A DNA stretch of 57,720 bases from Acidimicrobiales bacterium (GTDB lineage Bacteria; Actinomycetota; Acidimicrobiia; Acidimicrobiales; SZUA-35). How positions within the stretch are numbered: the first letter of the stretch is position 1; each line of letters opens with the position of its first letter. Both the position numbers and the translations under genes were made by a program. The DNA lies in NCBI GenBank assembly GCA_020628065.1, contig JAHDFR010000001.1, forward strand, positions 1 through 57,720, in the 5' to 3' direction. Under the pieces are notes generated by a model, which worked only from the letters and a program-made list of their open reading frames with translations, was not told where the DNA came from and did no database searches. This document shows, in pieces, positions 17,157 through 25,306 of the stretch.

Positions 17157-19565
17157 GTGAACACAAACGATGAAACGGCGGCGAGCGCACAAACCCTCTC
17201 GTCGAGCGGATTTGAGCATCTGCAGCTGTCCGACGGTTCTTCATCGGTAAAGGTGACGATCGGCTCCATGGATAGGTGGGATCGCTCACATCTTCGGCGT
17301 CTTCGACAGTCGGCCGACCTTCCAGGCCTCGTTCCCGTTATTGACAGCGACCTCTCCAGTGACGACAAGCCATTCGCCGTCACACCCGTGGTCGACCACA
17401 CAAGTCTCGCCGACCGCATTCCGCCCGAAGCAGCACAGTGGCCCGATTGCGCCGCCATTGTCGAGGCATCAGCCCGAGCGCTTCACGAGGCCCATCTCCG
17501 CGGCCTCTTCCACGGAAGCCTCTCCCCCGACCAGATTTTCGTCATCAACGAGGACATCGCCGTCGAAGGCGTAGGACTCGGCCTTGGCGGTGCCGTACAG
17601 GCCGACTATCAGCACTGGGCGGCCCCCGAGGTACTCGACGGTGCCGACGCCACCGAGCGCTCCGACGTGTACTCGTTGGGCAAAATCCTCGAAGCCGCCC
17701 TGGGCAACAACATTGAGGACGTACCGCGCTCGGTTCGCCGCCTCATCATGTGGTCAAGCTCCGATACCCCTGAGGCACGGCCGCCTTCCGCCCTTGAATT
17801 CGCAAGCATTTTGGCCGAAGCACTAGGTGATGAACGGCGCATCTACTCGCCGGCCTTCATTCCCACGGCTGACGTGAACGCCCTGGCGGCAACGGCATCA
17901 GCCGAAGTGGCTGCCTACGAAGTCTCCGACAGCAACGGCGGAGCCGCCACTGCTGGTCTTGCCGCAGCCGGCGTAGCCGCCACCGGCGCGGTCGTCGCCG
18001 ACACGTTCTTTGACGACGAGCCTGAAATCGACGATCCGGCCGCAGGCCTCGAAGTTGTCGACGACGCCGAGGTCGAAGTAGACGAGATCGCAGCCGACAC
18101 CTCCGATGTGGCCGAGGCGGAAGCCGAAGTAGACATCGCCGAAGAGGTCGAACTCGACGACGCTGATATGGACACGGTCGAAGACGAAGCCACCGTCGAT
18201 ATCGAGAACGAGGCCGTAATCACCGACGAGATTCCGGAAACCGAGGTGAGCAACGAGGCCGCCACGACCACCGAAATTGAAGGCGAGCAAACCGCTGTCG
18301 TCGAAGAAGAATCGGCAGGGTTCGACTCTCGCGACTACACGACTGCCGCCGCCACCACGACCGGAGACACCTACGAGGTCCCGGCCGCCCAGACGGTCGA
18401 GATCGTAAGCCCTCAGGAGCCCACCGGACGCTCCAACCGGGCGGGAATTCTGGTGGGAGTCATCGGAGCGCTCGTACTGGCGTTGATCGCCTGGCAGCTG
18501 TTCAACGGCGACCCCGCCGACGACGCCGAAGTAGCCACCAATCCAGCCGCTGAAGAGGCGGCCGAGGCAACCGAAGACGCAGAACCATCTGTTTCATCCG
18601 ACGACAGCACACCGGAGTCTCCGACAACCGTTGAGGAAGAGCCGGTCGTAGAAGAAGAGGCTGCGGTCGAGGAAGAAGCGGCCGAGGAATCCACAACAGA
18701 GGAAGCTGCGGCGGAAGAAGAAACCGCTGAAGAGCCGGTAGCCGAAGAAGAGACGGCCGAAGAAGCCGAGGCGCCGGCACCGGCTGCAGAAGCCACCACA
18801 CCCCTCCTAGACGGCCCAATCCCGGCCGGCGAAGCCGGCATCCAGATTGTGCACGGCATCCCTGGTGCCACCGTCGACGTGTACGTAGACGGTCAGGCCC
18901 TGGCCCCTGGGTTCGAGCCCGGCACCATCGCCGGACCGGTCGATCTGGCTCCCGGCGACTATCAGGTTGATATCTACGCCGCATCCGACGCTGCTACAGC
19001 CGCCAGTGCCGATCGAGACGATGCTCCGCTTCTCTCGCAATCAGTAACCGTCGGCGACAGTGCGGCATCGTTGTACGCCCACCTGGGCGAGCAGGGCGCT
19101 CCCGCCCTCAGCGCCTTCGCTGAAGACTTCTCCACTCTGGCTCCCGGTCAGGGTCGGGCCATCGCCCGCCATCTCGCCGCTGCACCGGAGGTAACCCTCC
19201 TGGTGGATGGTGAGCCGGTAGGCACCCTGGCCAACGGCGACACCTTCGGCGCCGATCTTGCCGCCGGGTCGCACGACTTCGTCGTACAGGCCGGCGACGC
19301 CGAGGTCCTGGCAGCCACGCTCGACATTGCCGACGGCGAAGTTGTGGTGGTCTCCGTGTCCGGTTCGGCTGCTGACGGAACACTGGCTCCGATCGTTCAG
19401 CGTTACAGCGGTCTCAGCTCCGCTCCGACCCAGGTCCCGACCGGTGACAGCAACCTGCTCGGCATGGACGAAGACATGACCAACCTCTACATCGTCGGCC
19501 TAGTAGCGCTCACGATGGCTCTCGGAGGCCTGGCGCTGATGACCCGGCGCCGTCGGGTTCTGTGA
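17157..19565 (+). CDS. Bitopic membrane protein: degenerate Ser/Thr-kinase-like (pseudokinase) domain, acidic linkers, one TM, extracellular DUF4397 module, sorting-signal-like C-terminus
   Basis: Kinase C-lobe landmarks are retained (WAAPEV, SDVYSLGKIL). The catalytic loop reads HLRGLFHGSLSPDQIF (HRD to FHG, Lys to Ser, Asn to Gln). The DFG position reads VEGVG and there is no GxGxxG loop. The TM is AGILVGVIGALVLALIAWQLF. DUF4397-like repeats are IQIVHGIPGATVDVYVDGQ and VTLLVDGEPVG. The tail is QVPTGDS + 13 aa + a hydrophobic 19-mer + TRRRRVL. GTG start. Confidence 0.8.
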   Translation: MNTNDETAASAQTLSSSGFEHLQLSDGSSSVKVTIGSMDRWDRSHLRRLRQSADLPGLVPVIDSDLSSDDKPFAVTPVVDHTSLADRIPPEAAQWPDCAAIVEASARALHEAHLRGLFHGSLSPDQIFVINEDIAVEGVGLGLGGAVQADYQHWAAPEVLDGADATERSDVYSLGKILEAALGNNIEDVPRSVRRLIMWSSSDTPEARPPSALEFASILAEALGDERRIYSPAFIPTADVNALAATASAEVAAYEVSDSNGGAATAGLAAAGVAATGAVVADTFFDDEPEIDDPAAGLEVVDDAEVEVDEIAADTSDVAEAEAEVDIAEEVELDDADMDTVEDEATVDIENEAVITDEIPETEVSNEAATTTEIEGEQTAVVEEESAGFDSRDYTTAAATTTGDTYEVPAAQTVEIVSPQEPTGRSNRAGILVGVIGALVLALIAWQLFNGDPADDAEVATNPAAEEAAEATEDAEPSVSSDDSTPESPTTVEEEPVVEEEAAVEEEAAEESTTEEAAAEEETAEEPVAEEETAEEAEAPAPAAEATTPLLDGPIPAGEAGIQIVHGIPGATVDVYVDGQALAPGFEPGTIAGPVDLAPGDYQVDIYAASDAATAASADRDDAPLLSQSVTVGDSAASLYAHLGEQGAPALSAFAEDFSTLAPGQGRAIARHLAAAPEVTLLVDGEPVGTLANGDTFGADLAAGSHDFVVQAGDAEVLAATLDIADGEVVVVSVSGSAADGTLAPIVQRYSGLSSAPTQVPTGDSNLLGMDEDMTNLYIVGLVALTMALGGLALMTRRRRVL

Positions 19566-20233
19566 ACTCCAGGGTTCGCTCAGGAATCCTAGTTCTCGCT
19601 ATCTCTCTTTGTCTGATGGGTGCCGCCACTTCAAGTGGCGGCACCATCGGTGCTTCTCTCACCGACACAATCTCTTCACGGGCGTTGCCGGACAACCTGG
19701 TGAACCTGGTCGACGATTTGGCTACCCCTCAAGTTCCGCTTCGCAGCGGCAATCTGGCCGATCAGCCCGAACCCGAGACCGGGCCATCACCTGTATCGGT
19801 ACGCATTGGCGACATTGCATTGGAAGCCCCGGTGATCCCCGTAGGTGTCGACAGCCAAAACCAGTTCGCCGTGCCGGCGGCGGAGCAAGTCGGCTGGTAT
19901 CGATTTGGCCCCCGCCCAGGAGCCGAAGGCTCAGCCGTGCTGGCGGCCCACGTCGACTACGGCGGCAAGCCAGGAGCCTTCTTCAACCTGGCTGATCTCC
20001 GAGTCGGTGATCCCATCGAGGTCGAGCTAAGCGACGGTTCGGTGCTCCGCTACCGGGTAACGGGCAACACCGAGTACGACAAGACCGATCTGCCGTTTGA
20101 CGAAGTCTTCCGCAAAGAAGGCTCCGAAGTTCTTCAGTTGATCACCTGCGGCGGCACGTTCGACCCGAACGCACGCTCATACGAGGCCAACGTGGTGGTA
20201 ACCGCTCTTCCGGAAGCTCTAGTCGAGTTCTAA
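19562..20233 (+). CDS. Sortase family transpeptidase (class F-like)
   Basis: N-terminal signal anchor, LAAHVDY (catalytic His) and LQLITCGGTFD (catalytic Cys). 223 aa. The GTG start overlaps the stop of the upstream ORF (GTGA at 19562-19565). Confidence 0.85.
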   Translation: MNSRVRSGILVLAISLCLMGAATSSGGTIGASLTDTISSRALPDNLVNLVDDLATPQVPLRSGNLADQPEPETGPSPVSVRIGDIALEAPVIPVGVDSQNQFAVPAAEQVGWYRFGPRPGAEGSAVLAAHVDYGGKPGAFFNLADLRVGDPIEVELSDGSVLRYRVTGNTEYDKTDLPFDEVFRKEGSEVLQLITCGGTFDPNARSYEANVVVTALPEALVEF

Positions 20234-20269
20234 CAACGCACCCAGGGTAGGGTTCGGGCAACGCTCGGC

Positions 20270-21034
20270 TTAGTCGAGAGCTTGCATCAATGTCCGGGCG
20301 CTGGCCGAGAAACCCATGTGCTGGTATCGGGCAATTAGCTCCTCTTGCAGAGCGACATCATCGGGGATGGCTCGCAGTCCTTGCTCGAGTGCCTGAATTG
20401 CTCTTTCAGGAGCAGCTGAGCCGATCTGGTCGGTGTAGGCCAAAATCAGCTGGCCGATCTGGCGCTCAATGTGGGCCCGTCGGATCAAGCAGTGCTCCAG
20501 CCATGTCCAATACACCCGACCGGCACGGGCCGACCGGCTGAGAGGCTGGCCCTCCATCTGGGAGACGACAACAGCCGCCTCCTCCAACCACCCACTGTCA
20601 TCACGTCGTGCGGACCGACACAACGCATCAAGTCGGCCGAAGTCACTGGTGTAGTCAGACAGTCGATAGTAGCCGTCGCTGCTTGGCGGCAGCCGACGAC
20701 GCCCGACAACCCTCCGGGTCTCGGAAACGAGATTGAACAACCGATTCGGCGACATAACCCGACCCTGCCAGAGAGCCAAAGCGATGTCATCGCCGGAGAC
20801 CGGGCCACATAGAGCGATAAAGGCCAACAGCGATTGCTGTTGATGGGTAAGCGATCCCCCGTCAGTCTCGACGGCGGGCGGCCCGATGAGTCTCAAGCGC
20901 AATCGGCCGCCCTCACCACCGGCGCCACCAGCCGATTCATCAGCTGACAAACAGCTCATGTCAGCAGTCGGCACGCGCCGCTGAGACTCACCCTGCTGGG
21001 CACAATCAACAAACATGGAAAACCCGCCTTCCAA
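20270..21034 (-). CDS. SARP/AfsR-like transcriptional regulator (winged helix plus BTAD)
   Basis: LRLRLIGPPAVETDGG ... LLAFIALCGPVSGDDIALALW ... NRLFNLVSETRRVVG matches an OmpR/SARP winged helix. A helical BTAD-like region follows, ending LQEELIARYQHMGFSASARTLMQAL. The start is uncertain; there are several Met in the first 30 aa. Confidence 0.7.
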   Translation of the reverse strand: MEGGFSMFVDCAQQGESQRRVPTADMSCLSADESAGGAGGEGGRLRLRLIGPPAVETDGGSLTHQQQSLLAFIALCGPVSGDDIALALWQGRVMSPNRLFNLVSETRRVVGRRRLPPSSDGYYRLSDYTSDFGRLDALCRSARRDDSGWLEEAAVVVSQMEGQPLSRSARAGRVYWTWLEHCLIRRAHIERQIGQLILAYTDQIGSAAPERAIQALEQGLRAIPDDVALQEELIARYQHMGFSASARTLMQALD

Positions 21035-21074
21035 GACTGGACGCTAACACCCAGCCAACACACCGAGCTCCAAC

Positions 21075-21293
21075 TTAGTGGCTGTCAGGTCCCTCTTCAA
21101 CCGGAGGCTCATCTTCGCCTCTGCTCGTCGAAGACTCCTGAAGCTGAACACGAAGTGAACCAAGTTCCAGGTACAGCCGCTCTAGATGCCGGATACCGAC
21201 ATCTAGCGACGCCAGATCAGGGTCTGGGGAAGGTTCGGCTCGGCGGGATGGCACGACTTCGACGGACTCGACTGGCTTGGCGGCGACCGACAT
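21075..21293 (-). CDS. Possible small acidic/coiled-coil protein upstream of the SARP-like gene
   Basis: 72-aa ORF 40 nt upstream of and co-oriented with the regulator, containing HLERLYLELGSLRVQLQE. I recognise no family. It may be non-coding. Confidence 0.3.
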   Translation of the reverse strand: MSVAAKPVESVEVVPSRRAEPSPDPDLASLDVGIRHLERLYLELGSLRVQLQESSTSRGEDEPPVEEGPDSH

Positions 21294-21296
21294 GTC

Positions 21297-21324
21297 TTGA
21301 CACTACTACACGACCATCGATATT
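21297..21324 (+). promoter_or_regulatory. Candidate sigma70-type promoter upstream of pepN (TTGACA-16 nt-GATATT)
   Basis: Exact TTGACA at 21297-21302, a 16-nt spacer, and GATATT (4 of 6 matches to TATAAT) at 21319-21324. It sits in a locally AT-rich 277-nt gap about 250 nt upstream of the pepN GTG. Confidence 0.3.
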
Positions 21325-21570
21325 TAACTCAAATGAGTCACTCGGCCCAGCGAGCCATTCATCTAAAGCGATAGATAACAATCAGCTCATTGCACTAAAT
21401 AGATTGGACAGATGACTAGCTTCTGAGTCCAGCGTCTACAACCTGCTGACTTCTTCTCGCTTCGCACCCGATGCACTACTCCAGCGTGCCGTATCCGGCA
21501 TACCAAACGTCATGCGCACAACCCCATCGACCTGCGGTCACCGCCTGTTGGCGCCGCTACGATCAGAGTC

Positions 21571-24156
21571 GTGCCCGAGACCAACAAACACCGCCTTCCC
21601 ACCGCTGTGCTTCCGGAAGCCTATGAGCTGACCTTCGAGCCGAACTTCAACGACAAGACGTTCAGCGGCCGGGTCACCGTGCGAGCCGAGGTGAAGGAGG
21701 AGACCGAGGTCATAACCCTCAACGGGGAGGGACTTCAGATCCCGGAGGCCGCAGTCATCGTCGGCCAGGATCGGCACGACTGCGCAGTGACAATCGACGC
21801 CGAAAACGAACGCATCGAGCTACACCTTGAACAAGCGCTGCAACCCGGCCCAATTTCGGTTCAACTCTCGTTCAGCGGCTCATTCAATGAGAACCTGGTC
21901 GGCCCCTACCTCAGCACATTCGTCGACAGCGATGGCGACACCAAATCACTGGCCACAACCCAGTTTCAAGCCACGCACGCCAGAAAGTGCTTTCCCTGTT
22001 GGGACGAACCCGACCTCAAAGCCACGTTCGAAATCGAGCTGGTCATACCCGACGGTATGGATGCGGTGTCCAACGGACCTGAAACCGGCCGATCGGGGCA
22101 CGACGGCAAGCAACACGTGACCTTCGCTCCGACAATGTCGATGAGCACCTACCTGGTGGCCTTTGTCATCGGACCAATTGAGAAGTCCGACCCGGTTGAC
22201 GTCGACGGAGTACCTCTCCGTATTGTGCATATTCCGGGAAAGGGCGACCTGACCGATTTCGCCCTCGACGCCGGGGCGTTCGCCCTCCGCTATTTCAAAG
22301 ACTATTTCGGTCTCCCCTACCCCGGCCAGAAGCTTGATCTCATAGCCATCCCCGACTTCGCCTTTGGAGCCATGGAGAACCTGGGTTGTGTGACCTTCCG
22401 AGAAACTCTGCTGCTGGTCGATCCTGACCGGGCCACCCAGCCCGAGCTCCAACGAGCGGCGGATGTCATAAACCATGAGTTGGCCCACATGTGGTTCGGC
22501 GATCTGGTGACCATGAAGTGGTGGAACGGCCTCTGGCTCAACGAGGCCTTCGCCACCTTCATGGAGATGCGATGTACCGACGCCTACCGACCCGAGTGGG
22601 ACCGGTGGACCGACTTCGGCCTGTCCCGTTCAGCGGCCTTTGCCACCGACTCTCTGGCTTCCACCCGTCCTATTGAGTACGAAGTTGACAGCCCGGTTGA
22701 AGCCGAGGGCATGTTTGACATCCTCACCTATGAAAAGGGAGCGGCTGTCGTACGCATGTTGGAGCAGTACCTCGGGGAAGAGCGCTTCCGGTCCGGTATT
22801 CGCCGATACATGAACGAGCACCAATTCGGCAATGCCGACACCCCGGACCTCTGGGATGCCATCGAGGCCGAAACCGGTGAACCGGTAGCCCAGATCATGC
22901 AAAGCTGGATCTATCAGGGCGGGTACCCCCAACTTCACGTAGGGTCTGGGCCTGAAGGCACCACAATTACCCAACGTCCGATGCAGCTCGACGGCGCCGA
23001 CCCGGTAGCCGATCAACAATGGCTTGTCCCGGTTGAGTACCGCTGGATTGACACCGACCCGTTCAGCGAAACAGTTGCCGACGCCGATGCCGAAGCGTCG
23101 CAATCCGAGCGAATTCTGCTTTCCGGGGAACCAACCCGAGTGGACTCAGGCAACGGGCCCAAGAGCATTCTTGTCAATGCCAACAGCAGCGGCTTCTACC
23201 GCGTGAGCTACTCCGACGAACTCCAGGACAGCTTGACCGACGTCGCCACCGAGCACCTGACTGCGGTCGAACGGTACTCGTTGATCGACGACGCATGGGC
23301 AGCAGTACTGGCCGGTCAGACCTCGGCCGTCTCCTTCCTCACGCTACTTGAGGCCATGACCGGAGAGTCCAACCGGTCGGTGTGGCAACGCATCATCGCC
23401 GGGTTCACCTCACTTCGCCGGCTGGTGGACGGTGAAGCCCGGGAGCGACTGGAAGAGATCGCCCATGATGCTCTGGCCCCAAATCTGGCCGGACTAGGAC
23501 TGGAGAGTCGCTCCGACGACTCCGATCAGGAACGCCAGCTTCGTGCCGACCTTCTCCGAGCGCTGGGCACTCTGGCCAACGACGCTGACATTCAGGATGT
23601 GGCCAAGCAGCTGTCGGCGGAGGGACTGCGTAATCCCGAACTGGTCGACACTTCGCTACTGGCCGCCGCGACCGATGTCGTCGCCGCCCACGGAGATGAG
23701 GCTGACTTCGACGACTTCCTCGCTGCTTCCAAGGCCGCAACAACACCCCAAGCCGAACTCCGCTACCTCGGAGCGCTCATGGACTTTCCGTCGGTCGAGC
23801 TGCAGGCCCGGGCATGGACCCTGATTACCGACGGCACCGTCCGTCCTCAGAACGGACCCCTCCTGCTCCGACGAGGCCTCATCAACGAGCAGTGCGGTCG
23901 ACAGACCTGGGCGTTCATCGCCGACAACTGGGATGACCTCAACGACCTGTTCGCGTCGAGTCTGGTGGTTCGGATGGTGGAGGGCATCAGCGTTCATGAT
24001 CTACCGGCCGACCAGCGCGCCGTTTCGGACTTCTTCTCTACCCATCAGGTGCCCAGCGGCGAACAGACTCTTCGACAGATTCTCGAGCGACAGCGAGTCA
24101 ATGTCTCCCTTCGGTCCCGCCAGGCCGACCTGCTGAGCCGATTTCTTACCGGCTGA
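21571..24156 (+). CDS. pepN: Aminopeptidase N (M1 family)
   Basis: GAMENLGCVTF exopeptidase motif and HELAHMWFGDLVTMKWWNGLWLNEAF (HEXXH-18-E). 861 aa, GTG start. Confidence 0.93.
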   Translation: MPETNKHRLPTAVLPEAYELTFEPNFNDKTFSGRVTVRAEVKEETEVITLNGEGLQIPEAAVIVGQDRHDCAVTIDAENERIELHLEQALQPGPISVQLSFSGSFNENLVGPYLSTFVDSDGDTKSLATTQFQATHARKCFPCWDEPDLKATFEIELVIPDGMDAVSNGPETGRSGHDGKQHVTFAPTMSMSTYLVAFVIGPIEKSDPVDVDGVPLRIVHIPGKGDLTDFALDAGAFALRYFKDYFGLPYPGQKLDLIAIPDFAFGAMENLGCVTFRETLLLVDPDRATQPELQRAADVINHELAHMWFGDLVTMKWWNGLWLNEAFATFMEMRCTDAYRPEWDRWTDFGLSRSAAFATDSLASTRPIEYEVDSPVEAEGMFDILTYEKGAAVVRMLEQYLGEERFRSGIRRYMNEHQFGNADTPDLWDAIEAETGEPVAQIMQSWIYQGGYPQLHVGSGPEGTTITQRPMQLDGADPVADQQWLVPVEYRWIDTDPFSETVADADAEASQSERILLSGEPTRVDSGNGPKSILVNANSSGFYRVSYSDELQDSLTDVATEHLTAVERYSLIDDAWAAVLAGQTSAVSFLTLLEAMTGESNRSVWQRIIAGFTSLRRLVDGEARERLEEIAHDALAPNLAGLGLESRSDDSDQERQLRADLLRALGTLANDADIQDVAKQLSAEGLRNPELVDTSLLAAATDVVAAHGDEADFDDFLAASKAATTPQAELRYLGALMDFPSVELQARAWTLITDGTVRPQNGPLLLRRGLINEQCGRQTWAFIADNWDDLNDLFASSLVVRMVEGISVHDLPADQRAVSDFFSTHQVPSGEQTLRQILERQRVNVSLRSRQADLLSRFLTG

Positions 24157-24163
24157 CCGCCTC

Positions 24164-25306
24164 GTGTTAACCGCTGCATCCTCGGTTGGTGTCTTCGCCG
24201 TCGGTCCGAACTGGGCCCAGATAACCTGGGGCGACTTATCTCCAGGTGTGGTGACGTTTGCAGTCGGCGGCAAGTCAACATCGATAGAGCATGCTGGCGG
24301 TCCAGGGTCATATGTCGTTGAAGATCTCCCCGCAGGCTCGTCGGCGGAGATCACAGTTACAACTGCCGTCGGCAAGACAATATTGTTGCCGGTCCACACC
24401 CTTACCGAACCGTGGGGTCGGCCCCTGACGAAGTTCGCCACCATCAGTGACCTCCACCTCGGGGCGCTCCGGTGGGGTTTCTTCAAGACGATGACCGAAC
24501 CGGAAGGACGGTTCGACGATCCCTACCCGGTTCGATGCGCCCGGGCGGCCATCAGCGAAGCGGCCCGCTGGGGAGCCGAGCTGTTGGTGATCAAGGGCGA
24601 TGCTGCTCAACACGAAGATCCCGATTGCTTTGACATGTTGGGGCGGCTCGTTGACGAGTTCCCCGACATGCCCATGATGCTGATTCCAGGCAACCACGAT
24701 GTTGACGACGGGGCTGTCGGCCTCCCCGATGGCCTCGGGGAACGCCGATTGGCTTTCGCCACCGGGGTCGAGCACCTTGACGTCGATGGCGCCCGGATCA
24801 TCGTGGCCAACACAACAAAGCCTCGCTACGGCAGCGGTACCGTGGCCGAAGTCAAGGACGATCTCATCCAAGCAGCGGCTGAGGCCAACTCGCCGGTCTT
24901 TGTCGGACTACATCATCAACTGCAAACCACCCGGACCCCCCGCTACTACCCCAAGGGTATTCCAGCCCCGGAGTCCACCGACTTCCTCGATGAGCTGGGA
25001 CGTGTCCAACCTGGTGCAGTCGTCAGTTCCGGCCACACTCACCGCAACCGCGTCCGCTACCACGGCGACGTCCTTGTCACCGAGGTGGCGTCGACCAAAG
25101 ACTGGCCCGGAGTGTGGGGCGCCTACGCCGTCTACGAGGGTGGTATTTGTCAATCGGTGAGGCGCACCGGCGAGCCGTCGGTCATGGAATGGACCGAGTA
25201 CAGTCGCCGGGCGGTTGCCGGGCTGTGGTCCAGGTGGTCGCCGGGCAGGTTGGAGGACCGGTGTCTAAGCCACGTTTGGGCTGGGGACACGCACCTCGTC
25301 GGCTAA
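24164..25306 (+). CDS. Calcineurin-like metallophosphoesterase with an N-terminal beta-rich (FN3-like) extension
   Basis: ISDLHLG, GDAAQHED, IPGNHD, GLHHQ and SSGHTHRN motifs. The GTG start lies a few nt after the pepN stop. Confidence 0.85.
   Translation: MLTAASSVGVFAVGPNWAQITWGDLSPGVVTFAVGGKSTSIEHAGGPGSYVVEDLPAGSSAEITVTTAVGKTILLPVHTLTEPWGRPLTKFATISDLHLGALRWGFFKTMTEPEGRFDDPYPVRCARAAISEAARWGAELLVIKGDAAQHEDPDCFDMLGRLVDEFPDMPMMLIPGNHDVDDGAVGLPDGLGERRLAFATGVEHLDVDGARIIVANTTKPRYGSGTVAEVKDDLIQAAAEANSPVFVGLHHQLQTTRTPRYYPKGIPAPESTDFLDELGRVQPGAVVSSGHTHRNRVRYHGDVLVTEVASTKDWPGVWGAYAVYEGGICQSVRRTGEPSVMEWTEYSRRAVAGLWSRWSPGRLEDRCLSHVWAGDTHLVG

Noticed and set aside
17898-18871. Antisense ORFs across the acidic tracts of the pseudokinase gene (17898-18290, 17915-18271, 18413-18871, 18502-18984)
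   Set aside because: They are artefacts of GAA/GCC-rich low-complexity coding sequence. Their translations are Ser/Ala or Arg/Pro homopolymer-like.
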